DNA of 64,000 nt from Henriciella sp. (lineage in GTDB: Bacteria; Pseudomonadota; Alphaproteobacteria; Caulobacterales; Hyphomonadaceae), in contig OZ255705.1 in NCBI GenBank assembly GCA_965277015.1, positions 2,902,475-2,966,474 of the forward strand, written 5' to 3'. The notes under the pieces are model-generated. The model ran no database searches and was not told where the DNA came from. It saw nothing but the letters and a program-made list of their open reading frames with translations. Each line of letters opens with the position of its first letter. Positions within the stretch are counted from its first letter, which is position 1. The position numbers and the translations under genes are program-made. Positions 25,684 through 34,588 of this stretch are shown in pieces.

Positions 25684-27653
25684 GTTACTCCAACGCTTTA
25701 AACAAAGGACAGGTCCTTTTTGACGACTATGAAATCGTTCGCGTGCTTGGCGAGGGCGGCTTCGGGATTACCTATCTCGCCTATCAAACCAACCTCAAAA
25801 AAGCGGTTGCGATAAAAGAGTACTTTCCTGTTGAATGGGCCGTGCGAACGCAGGATATGCGGGTCGAGTGCATGAGGGAAAATAAACAGGAGCTGTTCCA
25901 GTGGGGCTTGAATAGTTTCCTGCAAGAAGCGCAAACAATTGCCCTGTTTCAACATGCCAATATTGTGCGGCCAATCGATTATAAGAGCGCCAATGGCACG
26001 GCATATCTCATCATGGAATATGTCGAGGGAAAAACGCTCGAGCAAATTATCAAAGAACGCGGAACACTTTCGGCGGAGGAAGTTCGCTTCTTAATGGAGA
26101 AATTGCTCGCGGGCTTGGACCATGCGCACGAATTGAGCGTGCTTCACCGTGATATCAAACCGGCAAATATTGTTATTCGCGCCTCTGACGGTGAACCCGT
26201 ATTGATTGATTTCGGCGCGGCGCGTGAAACGGTCCAGAAGCGGTCGGCGCCAATCACCGCAATCGTCACGGCGCCTTATGCGCCTCATGAACAGTATTCA
26301 ACTCAAATGCAGAAACAGGGGGCGTGGACGGACCTGTATGCTGTATCGACAGTTGGATACGAATGCTTGACCGGTTCGCGTCCGCCCGACGGACCCGGTC
26401 GGGTCGAAGAAGATACGCACAATTATCTTGATGAAAGCAGGCACGACGACGCCGATCTGTGTCGTGCGATCAATCAGGGAATGCACGTACGCACCGTTGA
26501 CCGACCTACTGATGTTGAAACCTGGCTGGCCTATTCCGGAACCAAATTTATTCACCTAAAGCCTGGGATTATCAGCGGCGAAAACGGTAAAAGGGATGAC
26601 TCGAACTCGCCTCAAGATACCAAAAAACGCGGGAAGGATTCTGGCGGGTTTCGGACTGTACCCAGACCGCCAACACCCTTGGGAGGTAACCGCCAAGGGC
26701 AACCCCAGCAGCGACGCAACACGTTGGTGATGATCGGGGGGGGCATCGCGGCGATCGCTTTCGGCGTCTATTATGTTAATACCATTGGCGGCACCGAACT
26801 CGATCCTGATCGAGGCTCCGTCGATCGAAGCGCTGCCAATCAGGCGCCGAGCGGCGTAGATCGATGGCGGGATAGCGTTGACATTGAGGCGCTTGAAAAT
26901 GACATACCGATGCTGGTCCGAATCCCGGCAGGAAGTTTCGAAATTGGATCAACGCCTGATGAACTTGGGCATGACGATGATGAATCGCCCAAGACTCGCA
27001 TCACGATTGATTATGAGTATGCACTCAGCGAAACCGAAATTACGGTCGGACAATGGCAAGCGTGCACTGCAAATGGCTTGTGCGAAAAAATCGGAAACCT
27101 GCGCATCCCTGCCACGAATGAGTTGGTCAATGACCCGTCTAGACCAAGCGATCCAGTACGCGGCATTCGGCCGACTGATATACAAGACTATCTACAATTT
27201 TTAACGGAACGAACCGGGCATACGTATCGTCTGCCAACCGAAGCCGAGTGGACTTTTGCCGCCCAGGCGGGCTCCGACAATGTCTACCCTTGGGGGAACG
27301 ACGCACGCCTCGATTTGGCGAATTGTACGGATTGCATACCCGGGCGTACGCAGGCGTCTTTGATGCGCGTCGGATCATTTCCGGCGAATGCCTATGGCCT
27401 GTATGACATGCAAGGAAATGTCTGGGAGATCACTGCCGATTGCTGGACAAGAAATTTCAGTTCCATTCCGACGACGGGTGAAGCAACAAGAACTGAAGAT
27501 TGTCATACGCATCCAGTGAAAGGAGGGGCATATTCAAGCGGTATCGCTCAATTAAGAGTTGCGGCGAGGCAAAAATTCCAATTCGTCGAGAACGGCGAAG
27601 AAAAAGGCAGTTTCATCATTGGCTTTAGAGTGCTTCGAGAGATCCGCTCATAG
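25680..27653 (+). CDS. Hanks-type Ser/Thr kinase fused via TM to a periplasmic FGE-sulfatase (SUMF1/TagR-like) domain
   Basis: LGEGGFG, VAIKE, HRDIKPAN, DFG, APHE; TM; IPAGSFEIGS, YRLPTEAEW, YPWG, GLYDMQGNVWE, KGGAY, GFRV. Confidence 0.94.
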   Translation: MSYSNALNKGQVLFDDYEIVRVLGEGGFGITYLAYQTNLKKAVAIKEYFPVEWAVRTQDMRVECMRENKQELFQWGLNSFLQEAQTIALFQHANIVRPIDYKSANGTAYLIMEYVEGKTLEQIIKERGTLSAEEVRFLMEKLLAGLDHAHELSVLHRDIKPANIVIRASDGEPVLIDFGAARETVQKRSAPITAIVTAPYAPHEQYSTQMQKQGAWTDLYAVSTVGYECLTGSRPPDGPGRVEEDTHNYLDESRHDDADLCRAINQGMHVRTVDRPTDVETWLAYSGTKFIHLKPGIISGENGKRDDSNSPQDTKKRGKDSGGFRTVPRPPTPLGGNRQGQPQQRRNTLVMIGGGIAAIAFGVYYVNTIGGTELDPDRGSVDRSAANQAPSGVDRWRDSVDIEALENDIPMLVRIPAGSFEIGSTPDELGHDDDESPKTRITIDYEYALSETEITVGQWQACTANGLCEKIGNLRIPATNELVNDPSRPSDPVRGIRPTDIQDYLQFLTERTGHTYRLPTEAEWTFAAQAGSDNVYPWGNDARLDLANCTDCIPGRTQASLMRVGSFPANAYGLYDMQGNVWEITADCWTRNFSSIPTTGEATRTEDCHTHPVKGGAYSSGIAQLRVAARQKFQFVENGEEKGSFIIGFRVLREIRS

Positions 27654-27697
27654 CCATACCAACACTTCAAATAATCGACCAAACCGAGGGACAAACA

Positions 27698-28552
27698 ATG
27701 AGAAAAATTATCGCCAGTCTAACACTGGGAGTGTCAGTTTTCGCGACCGGATGCGCAACCACAATGGAGCAGTTGCAAGAATTTGAACTGCCAACGCAAT
27801 TTCCGAGCGTGTTCACTGATTCCTTTAACAAGATGTTCGATCAACAGAATCAAGCTGCCCTGTCGGCGAGAAAACAAGAGCTCGCCAGTTCTGGCATATA
27901 TGCAGATACGACCAAGGTGAAGTTGTCGAATTCGTATGCATCTTCCAGTCAAGCATACACCAAAACCACAGTTCAAGGTGTGGCGTTGGGCGCCGTGATT
28001 GGCGGCGTCGGGTGCAAATACCTGGCATCCACAAATGATACGCAGACCGGACTTTGTGCGGCGGCTGGTGGATTGGCAGGATTGGCGTTTGCCAACCTGG
28101 TGAATTCTGAAGCAAGAGAGCTCACCGACGACCGCGCTAAACTGGAAGCCGAACTTCAGCAAGCTGAGAACAATCGCGCCGCGGCTCAGGTTCTCGTCAA
28201 TGAAACGCAAGACAACATCGTATACTTGGAATCTGTCGTGGCTGGTTACAAGAACGACCTAGCGCAAAACAAGATTTCCCAACAGCAATATGAAGCGAAT
28301 ATCATCGAGGCGCGGCAGATTGCAATTGCGATGACGGCAGACTTAGACAAAGTTAAAAGCGATGTCGAAGCGCAGAAAAAACTATTTGCGACGGTTCAGA
28401 AGAATAGCGCCAAGGGTGAAGAACCCAAGAATCAAGATCTCATTCCGGCTATCGAGAAATCGATCAATGCGGATGACGAGTTCCTAAATACTGAGGTGAA
28501 ACTTGCCACTCAACGCGTTGTCGACTTCGAGAAAGATCTAGGCGCAGCGTAG
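27698..28552 (+). CDS. Lipoprotein with glycine zipper and coiled coil (TagQ-like architecture)
   Basis: Lipobox FATG-C; GVALGAVIGGVG..AAGGLAG glycine zipper; helical C-terminal half. Confidence 0.8.
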   Translation: MRKIIASLTLGVSVFATGCATTMEQLQEFELPTQFPSVFTDSFNKMFDQQNQAALSARKQELASSGIYADTTKVKLSNSYASSSQAYTKTTVQGVALGAVIGGVGCKYLASTNDTQTGLCAAAGGLAGLAFANLVNSEARELTDDRAKLEAELQQAENNRAAAQVLVNETQDNIVYLESVVAGYKNDLAQNKISQQQYEANIIEARQIAIAMTADLDKVKSDVEAQKKLFATVQKNSAKGEEPKNQDLIPAIEKSINADDEFLNTEVKLATQRVVDFEKDLGAA

Positions 28553-28561
28553 GAGCAGATT

Positions 28562-29086
28562 ATGGATCTCAGGAGATTAACAGCTATTTGCGTATCCGGT
28601 CTGGCGGCAACAGCATGTGCAACAACGACAGGCATCACCGACCCGCAAGAGTGTATTCAGAAGTATGGAATCGCAGCCAAGGTTTGTTTGGATGAGGTCG
28701 CGGCTCGGAATAAAGAGATTGAAGGTGAAATTCAGGAAATCGAGGTCGATACTTCTGAGACTCAATCGCAATTGGTGGTGCTGAAAGCTCGCCAGACAGC
28801 GCTTCAGAATGAATATGCGTCTTTGCGGTCGCAGCTTGATACTGAGGCGCAGGATTTGGCGGAAATGCGGTCAACGCTTACAAAGTTGCGGACAAATAGC
28901 CGACTGACCGAAGTGCAGTACCAAACGCTTCTCAACGAGCTGGAGTCGGTGAATTCGCGAATTCTCGTCTTTCAGGCGAAGCCAGTTCCAAACATGCCGA
29001 CTCAAGGCGATGTCAAAGAGATAGATGAATTCCTAGGCACTGAAGTTGCGATGATTAAGACGACGATTTCGAACCTCAGTTTCTAG
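28562..29086 (+). CDS. Coiled-coil lipoprotein
   Basis: Lipobox AATA-C; long heptad-rich helix; 174 aa. Confidence 0.8.
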   Translation: MDLRRLTAICVSGLAATACATTTGITDPQECIQKYGIAAKVCLDEVAARNKEIEGEIQEIEVDTSETQSQLVVLKARQTALQNEYASLRSQLDTEAQDLAEMRSTLTKLRTNSRLTEVQYQTLLNELESVNSRILVFQAKPVPNMPTQGDVKEIDEFLGTEVAMIKTTISNLSF

Positions 29087-29123
29087 CGTGCAACTCAACG
29101 TAATCGGAATTCACACACGATCG

Positions 29124-29158
29124 CAGCGACCGATCTCATAAAAAAAGGTCGGTCGCTG
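29124..29158. terminator. Stem-loop between convergent genes
   Basis: cagcgaccga ... tcggtcgctg 10-bp inverted repeat after the 28562 gene and 5 nt from the stop of the opposing gene. Confidence 0.6.
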
Positions 29159-29163
29159 TTCGT

Positions 29164-29826
29164 TCAAGTCAGAACAATTTCCAAGGTAGATTTTAGTGGG
29201 CCCAGGCTCGTAATCTGAAGCGTGTATGAGGCCACGCCGAAGCTGTTCCAGGTGCATGATTGCTTGAACTGTGGCCGCTCGGAATTACACAGAATTTCAC
29301 CGCGATCGTCGAGCAACGTCATATGATATCGTGCATTCTCATACCGCGACGAAATTACGATACTGAATGTGCCAGCTGATTTCACACTCAGCTTCAACGT
29401 GTCCGTCTGCCCTGAAGGCATCAGTCGGCGGCGAACGGTGCGTGCCCCTTGAACATGCCTGACAACTGTGCCGGCAAGACTGCGGCTGAACGCGCTATAG
29501 TCGAGATCTGGGAGCGTGCGGGAGACTTCCTCGATCATATCGGCAGATGAGACTGGGGCACTAGGTTGTTGGCCTGGGTCAGCAATGGTGCCTCGTCCGG
29601 CCAGGTTGGCGGTCGCCTGGTTCTCAAATTCTTCCTGCAGCTTGATGATGCGGAGGATGGCGTCGAGATCGCTTCGAGCCAGCGCAGTATCAAATTCTGA
29701 TCGATCGATGCCTTGTGCAGAGGCGGGAGTGACAGACCAGACGCCTATGCCAGCCAGTATCAATCCCAAGATAAACATAAAGGGCTTATAGTCGAAGCCA
29801 GTAATATTCCCCATTTGCGTCCCCAT
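29164..29826 (-). CDS. Exported protein with C-terminal PPC-like beta-sandwich
   Basis: Signal ..LAGIGVWSVTPASA-Q; helical N-domain; C-terminal LLDDRGEILC..CTW..YTLQITSLG resembles the PPC-like family with a GDGDTDLDL motif, here diverged. Confidence 0.65.
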   Translation of the reverse strand: MGTQMGNITGFDYKPFMFILGLILAGIGVWSVTPASAQGIDRSEFDTALARSDLDAILRIIKLQEEFENQATANLAGRGTIADPGQQPSAPVSSADMIEEVSRTLPDLDYSAFSRSLAGTVVRHVQGARTVRRRLMPSGQTDTLKLSVKSAGTFSIVISSRYENARYHMTLLDDRGEILCNSERPQFKQSCTWNSFGVASYTLQITSLGPLKSTLEIVLT

Positions 29827-29918
29827 GACACTTGGATCAACAAAGCTGCAGAAACTTGTATCTGCGCCAACGATCGATAAGATAATTTACTGCGTGGTTA
29901 TTATTAGGGATTCTTTGG

Positions 29919-30845
29919 GTGGCAAGTAAAGTCCTTCTCGTCGATGACGAGCCTGATCAGATCGCCCGGCTCGGAGAAGAGATGGCTGCGTTAGGGCTCC
30001 ACGTCGATAGTGCTGGCACCCTCGAGGACGCACGCACTTACCTTGCTTTACATACATACGATCTGATCATTCTGGATCGTGAACTTAAAACCGCATCGGG
30101 CGCCGATGACGGGTTGATATTATGCGCCGAAATCCGAGCGTCCGGTATTTCGGCAAGGATCATTTTCTACACAAATTTGGTTAGTCCGACGGATCACCGG
30201 CTCGGATGGTCGGCAGGGGCAGATGATTATATGGAAAAAGGCTGGCCCCTTGAGGTGACATTAGCGCGTTGTGAAGCACATTTGGCGCGACCAATTTTTC
30301 CTGCACAGGAAAAGCTGTCGGCAAAAGTATACGATCACCCAGGGATTGCCGAAGGACGTCGACTCGTCGTGGATGAGACGTCATTGGTGGTCTCGCGCAG
30401 GGAAGATTTTGAACTGGCCAAACATGGTGGCTTGATCAAACCAAAACTTGATCACGACCGTCGCGAGCATTACAAGAAAGTGAAAATGACAGATCTTGAT
30501 CTGGCGGTTTTCTTTCACTTGTATCGACAATCAGATAGTTGGGTGACGGAGCAAGATTTGTTGCGTGACGTCTGGGGCTATTCCCAAGCGCGCATTGATT
30601 CCATGATGGAAAATCCTGATCTGAACTCCGGTCTGGTGCACACCACGATTTCGCGAATGCGGCGTAAAATCGATACGCGACTGGAGCGCAAGAAGGATCG
30701 AAGTGTTAGCCTTCCGAGTGCGCGACCCTGGGCCTTTATCTCGACGAGCAATGACGAAGGGCAAACCTCGGTCAGTTATAAGTTTAATCGCGCAGATTCC
30801 ATTGTGAGTGCGATCGAGAGTCCAGATTTCCTGGATACGCTATAG
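29919..30845 (+). CDS. OmpR-family response regulator with an enlarged winged-helix domain
   Basis: LLVDDE, IILD, GADDYMEK; C-terminal LLRDVWGY..VHTTISRMRRKI. Confidence 0.88.
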   Translation: MASKVLLVDDEPDQIARLGEEMAALGLHVDSAGTLEDARTYLALHTYDLIILDRELKTASGADDGLILCAEIRASGISARIIFYTNLVSPTDHRLGWSAGADDYMEKGWPLEVTLARCEAHLARPIFPAQEKLSAKVYDHPGIAEGRRLVVDETSLVVSRREDFELAKHGGLIKPKLDHDRREHYKKVKMTDLDLAVFFHLYRQSDSWVTEQDLLRDVWGYSQARIDSMMENPDLNSGLVHTTISRMRRKIDTRLERKKDRSVSLPSARPWAFISTSNDEGQTSVSYKFNRADSIVSAIESPDFLDTL

Positions 30846-32360
30846 ATGCTTGAGCGCTTAAGGCTGGGTATTAGAGGGTGGTCATTTACTTGGCGGCTCA
30901 CCCTGATTTGTGTCATCCCCTTAGCGCTCGTTGCGATTTTGCTCAGCCATTTGGTCAATGGTGAAATTCGAGAACTCTCCCTTGATCTTGAAGCTCAGCT
31001 CTTGGAGCAGGAAGCAATTTGGCTAGGGCAGGAAATTCGAGCCATGGGCGCCATGCGCGATGAAATGCTTGTTTCGGGTCAGGAGTTCCCCTGTCTGGAT
31101 ACGGCGAGCTTATCGACCAGCGAGGAAAGCGCAAATCGAACGGGATTCAGCTTTGAAGAGCCGGTTTGTGCGGGGAACGAGCTAAGTGTGATCCCGATTC
31201 TGAACGAGACCTGTTTCTATTCCGCGTGTGAGGCTCAGATAAACCTGGGTCGGAGAGACACAAAGGTGCTCGCACGGATTTTGCCGATGGGGCAGTCTGG
31301 ATGCGGGGTGGAAGACGCAACAGGGCTTCCCGGTCCGAGTGGCTGCCTGATTGTATGGCGCGCGCTTGACCAGCATGAAGACCGCCTCGCAGGTCCCTTC
31401 TTTTGGCCAATAATTGCCCTGGGAGCGGGCGCGTTTGCAACCGGGTTGATTGTTTTTTTGCTCTCCAGGCGGTTCGGCAATCGCATTCAACGCATCAATT
31501 CGGCATTTGAATCATTTGCTAGCGGGAACCGTGAGGTGCGCGCCCCTACGTTCCCATATGATGAAGATCTGAACTCGCTCGCGGAGTCTACGAACGTGGC
31601 CTTGAGGCAAATTGAGCAAGATATGATCTCAGCGCGAAGAGTCAGCGCGTCCTTGTCTCACCAATTGCTGGCGCCAATAAAGCGGATGCAAACGCGCGTT
31701 TCAGACACGGTCATGGAGATGGATGCCTCCAAAGATCCACAGACGCATTATACGGACGCTCGATTGAAAACCTGGCGAAAGGAGCTGGAAGGTGTCAGCC
31801 GAGATGCAGACGGCGTGTTTAGCATGGGGCAATCCTTGCTCGCCCTCCTAAGTGCTAGTGGCGACACACAAGCGGCAAAGCAAAAAGACATCGTGGATTT
31901 GGACGAAGTCTGCATGTTGTGCGCTGCCCGATTCCGGAAACGAGCCGCTGAGAGTGGCATTGAGATCCGAGTCGACGCGGCGGGTATTGAAGTCGTCTCT
32001 GTGTACCATTCGATTGATCAGATCGTTTCGAATTTGATCGATAATGCCATCAAGTATGGTCCTGCTAATGCCAGAATATCGATTACTTGCGACGAGACCG
32101 AAACCGAAGCTTGGCTCGCTGTGCAGGATGAGGGCAATGGCCCGCCGGAAGATGTCTTGCGAGACGTATTCGACGACCACGTACTGGTGTCAGCAACAAA
32201 TTCCGCACGCGAAGGCCGCGGCGGTCATGGAATCGGATTGCTGACGGTCAGGCAATTGGCAGACAATTCCAATATAAGACTTGAACAGAGGCAGTATCAT
32301 CCTGGTTGGGCTGTTGTGCTTTCTTGGCCGGTCGGGTCAGGCCCCCGCTCCAAACCCTGA
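30846..32360 (+). CDS. HAMP-domain sensor histidine kinase
   Basis: Two TMs around a Cys-rich periplasmic domain; HAMP; H-box SHQLLAP; NLIDNAIKY, VQDEGNG, GHGIGL. Confidence 0.9.
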   Translation: MLERLRLGIRGWSFTWRLTLICVIPLALVAILLSHLVNGEIRELSLDLEAQLLEQEAIWLGQEIRAMGAMRDEMLVSGQEFPCLDTASLSTSEESANRTGFSFEEPVCAGNELSVIPILNETCFYSACEAQINLGRRDTKVLARILPMGQSGCGVEDATGLPGPSGCLIVWRALDQHEDRLAGPFFWPIIALGAGAFATGLIVFLLSRRFGNRIQRINSAFESFASGNREVRAPTFPYDEDLNSLAESTNVALRQIEQDMISARRVSASLSHQLLAPIKRMQTRVSDTVMEMDASKDPQTHYTDARLKTWRKELEGVSRDADGVFSMGQSLLALLSASGDTQAAKQKDIVDLDEVCMLCAARFRKRAAESGIEIRVDAAGIEVVSVYHSIDQIVSNLIDNAIKYGPANARISITCDETETEAWLAVQDEGNGPPEDVLRDVFDDHVLVSATNSAREGRGGHGIGLLTVRQLADNSNIRLEQRQYHPGWAVVLSWPVGSGPRSKP

Positions 32361-32480
32361 TACGAAACCAACGCCGCTAACAAAATCTTTCAGTGTCCCA
32401 TAGGCGAGCTCGCACCTAGCGTTAGTTCCACGGATGCAGGGATTGCCATCCGATTTTTTTAACTCATTTCGGGGGATAAA

Positions 32481-33065
32481 ATGTTTAGGATTGCTCTTCT
32501 TTTCGTTGCGGCGCTTGTACTCACAGCCACTGCCAGCGCGCAGTCAAAAAATAGCCTTTGTAATAACACTGCTTACAAAATGAATTTTGTGTTCAACGTT
32601 CTGAGCAACCAACGGCTTACAACATATGGGTGGTACAATGTGGACCCGGGGGATTGCCAAGACTGGAGCGTTGGCGTCGGTGAAAAAGCCTGGGTGACAG
32701 CATCTATTTATGGGCGACGCGATCTGTACTGGGACAATGGTGCGGACATTAAGCTGTGTGTTGGAAACACCAGTGATGCGTTTGAGGTCGATTATCCCGC
32801 CAATGGGTCTTATTGCCCGAGCAAAACGACGGTACGACCAGCATATCTCTTGAAAGGCGGATCCCGAGGCTTCACCTGGAGCGGTGGCTTGCCAGCGCGA
32901 CCGAGCTCAAAAGACGACGACGCTGCGTTGGGGGCTGCCCTATTGTTAGGTGGGATTGCGTTATGGGCATGGGGCGCTGATGCCGCCGATAAAGCCGATC
33001 AAGAAGCCTGCATGAGACGTTGTACAAAATCACGAGCGCGATGCGTGCGGCTTTGTACGCAGTAA
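32481..33065 (+). CDS. Exported DUF1036-like protein with hydrophobic segment and Cys-rich tail
   Basis: Signal peptide; LCNNT..GWYNVDPGDC matches the DUF1036 pattern; tail C-x3-C-x6-C-x3-C. Confidence 0.7.
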   Translation: MFRIALLFVAALVLTATASAQSKNSLCNNTAYKMNFVFNVLSNQRLTTYGWYNVDPGDCQDWSVGVGEKAWVTASIYGRRDLYWDNGADIKLCVGNTSDAFEVDYPANGSYCPSKTTVRPAYLLKGGSRGFTWSGGLPARPSSKDDDAALGAALLLGGIALWAWGADAADKADQEACMRRCTKSRARCVRLCTQ

Positions 33066-33228
33066 TCAAGACGTAGCGTGCGAATAGATATCGCTATCGC
33101 ATTTCGGTCATCTGAAAATTTACAACTGGGTTGCAGCTGTGTCGGGGCGAAAATACGGTGATCAACTCCGGTTCGAAATTTCGCAAATGAAATCATAGTT
33201 ATGAACTATTCTAATCGCTTGGGGAGGT

Positions 33229-34554
33229 ATGAGGTTGATACATCAGGATAGGGAAGAATATGAGCGATCGGTCAACCTTGCCGCTTTAACTTTCATTCGA
33301 GCGCTGCACAGCTTAGAAAGTGAAGCGCCTTTATCGAGCGAGCGCTACTGGCTCGCCGCGAAGGCATTGGTCAAACTGGATGATAATCTTGAAGTAGCAA
33401 ACGTTCAAAAGAAGTTTCTACAGGCTTTTGGCCAACAGATTGAGAGTGACGAGCGTGATCGAAGTGTTCATGAACTTGGGCGTCCAAACGCATCAAAGTT
33501 GTTGGCGAAGCGAGTTTGTGACGATTTGCATTACCTGTTCGTCGATAGCTTTGTGGGCGAAAATGTTCATGAGGCATTCGCCAATCAGCTTATTAAGGAC
33601 GATCGACTATACCAAGCGGTAATCAACGCGATTTCGGCTAATACGATTGCTGATCTTGAATCCAAACTGAATCCGGGCGGTGCTCTTTTGGATAAGTATG
33701 CGGTTACGGGGTCTCGAATTTTTGGTGCTACAGGTGCGGTTGTAACCGGTCATACATTTGCGACACGTTTACCCGTTGCGATCAAATGTGTTTGGAAGAT
33801 TCCAAAATCATATTCCAGCGCTCAAGACGGACAAGATTGGACCTATGGCCGTGTTGAGGTGGCAGGGCGCACGGTCGCTTCCTCCGGGTTTTCGAATATT
33901 TTAGACGTTTCGGCCCTAACGCCGGAAAACCTTTGCATGAATGAGGTTCGCTGTCTTTTAGCTCTGCCATCTGGACCTTGGCCGCGATGCTTGGACGTCG
34001 CCTTCCACAATGGCGTGGGATTTCTAGTGATGGACAAGCTGGAAGGCACGTCGCTCGATAAGGTGATACGCGACCGGGGGGCAATGGGCAGAAAACAAGC
34101 GATTTGGTTGATGGTGCAGATACTAGAAGCGCTCGAAATTGTGCACGAACACGGCTGGCTGCATGGAGACGTGAAGCCGTCCAACATCATTCTTGAGAGT
34201 GATTATCTCAAACTCATAGATTTCGGGGCGGCTGTTGAGTTGAAAGACGACAATGAGCATTTTAGATTCGGAACCCCGGACTATTGCGCGCCAGAAGCCC
34301 TGGACAAAATGTATCTACCTTATCGGCCTTCTGCAGATGTGTTCGGCGCGTTCTCCGTCGGGCTTGAGTGCCTGTTGGGTGTGCAGAACTTCCGAAAGAC
34401 GCGCGACATGTTGGACGTCGACAAAAATTCGCTGATTCAAGAACTGGGCGGTCGAGACTTGCTAGACGTGTTTCGAATTGGATTGTCTGAAAATCCAGAC
34501 CGGCGTTTTCAAACAGCTAAAGCCGCAAGCATTGAATTGTTGCGTCTAAATTGA
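33229..34554 (+). CDS. Cytoplasmic Ser/Thr kinase with unknown N-terminal helical domain
   Basis: VAIK, LVMDKLEG, HGDVKPSN, DFG, GTPDYCAPE, ADVFG; no TM segment. Confidence 0.9.
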   Translation: MRLIHQDREEYERSVNLAALTFIRALHSLESEAPLSSERYWLAAKALVKLDDNLEVANVQKKFLQAFGQQIESDERDRSVHELGRPNASKLLAKRVCDDLHYLFVDSFVGENVHEAFANQLIKDDRLYQAVINAISANTIADLESKLNPGGALLDKYAVTGSRIFGATGAVVTGHTFATRLPVAIKCVWKIPKSYSSAQDGQDWTYGRVEVAGRTVASSGFSNILDVSALTPENLCMNEVRCLLALPSGPWPRCLDVAFHNGVGFLVMDKLEGTSLDKVIRDRGAMGRKQAIWLMVQILEALEIVHEHGWLHGDVKPSNIILESDYLKLIDFGAAVELKDDNEHFRFGTPDYCAPEALDKMYLPYRPSADVFGAFSVGLECLLGVQNFRKTRDMLDVDKNSLIQELGGRDLLDVFRIGLSENPDRRFQTAKAASIELLRLN

Positions 34555-34588
34555 GGGCTAATGCGTGATGTACAGTCCTCTTTCCGCG

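Noticed and set aside
20309-29086. Calling the operon a type VI secretion locus
   Set aside because: No tssB/C, hcp, vgrG, tssM/L/J, clpV or baseplate genes in the window; only the regulatory-type components resemble T6SS loci
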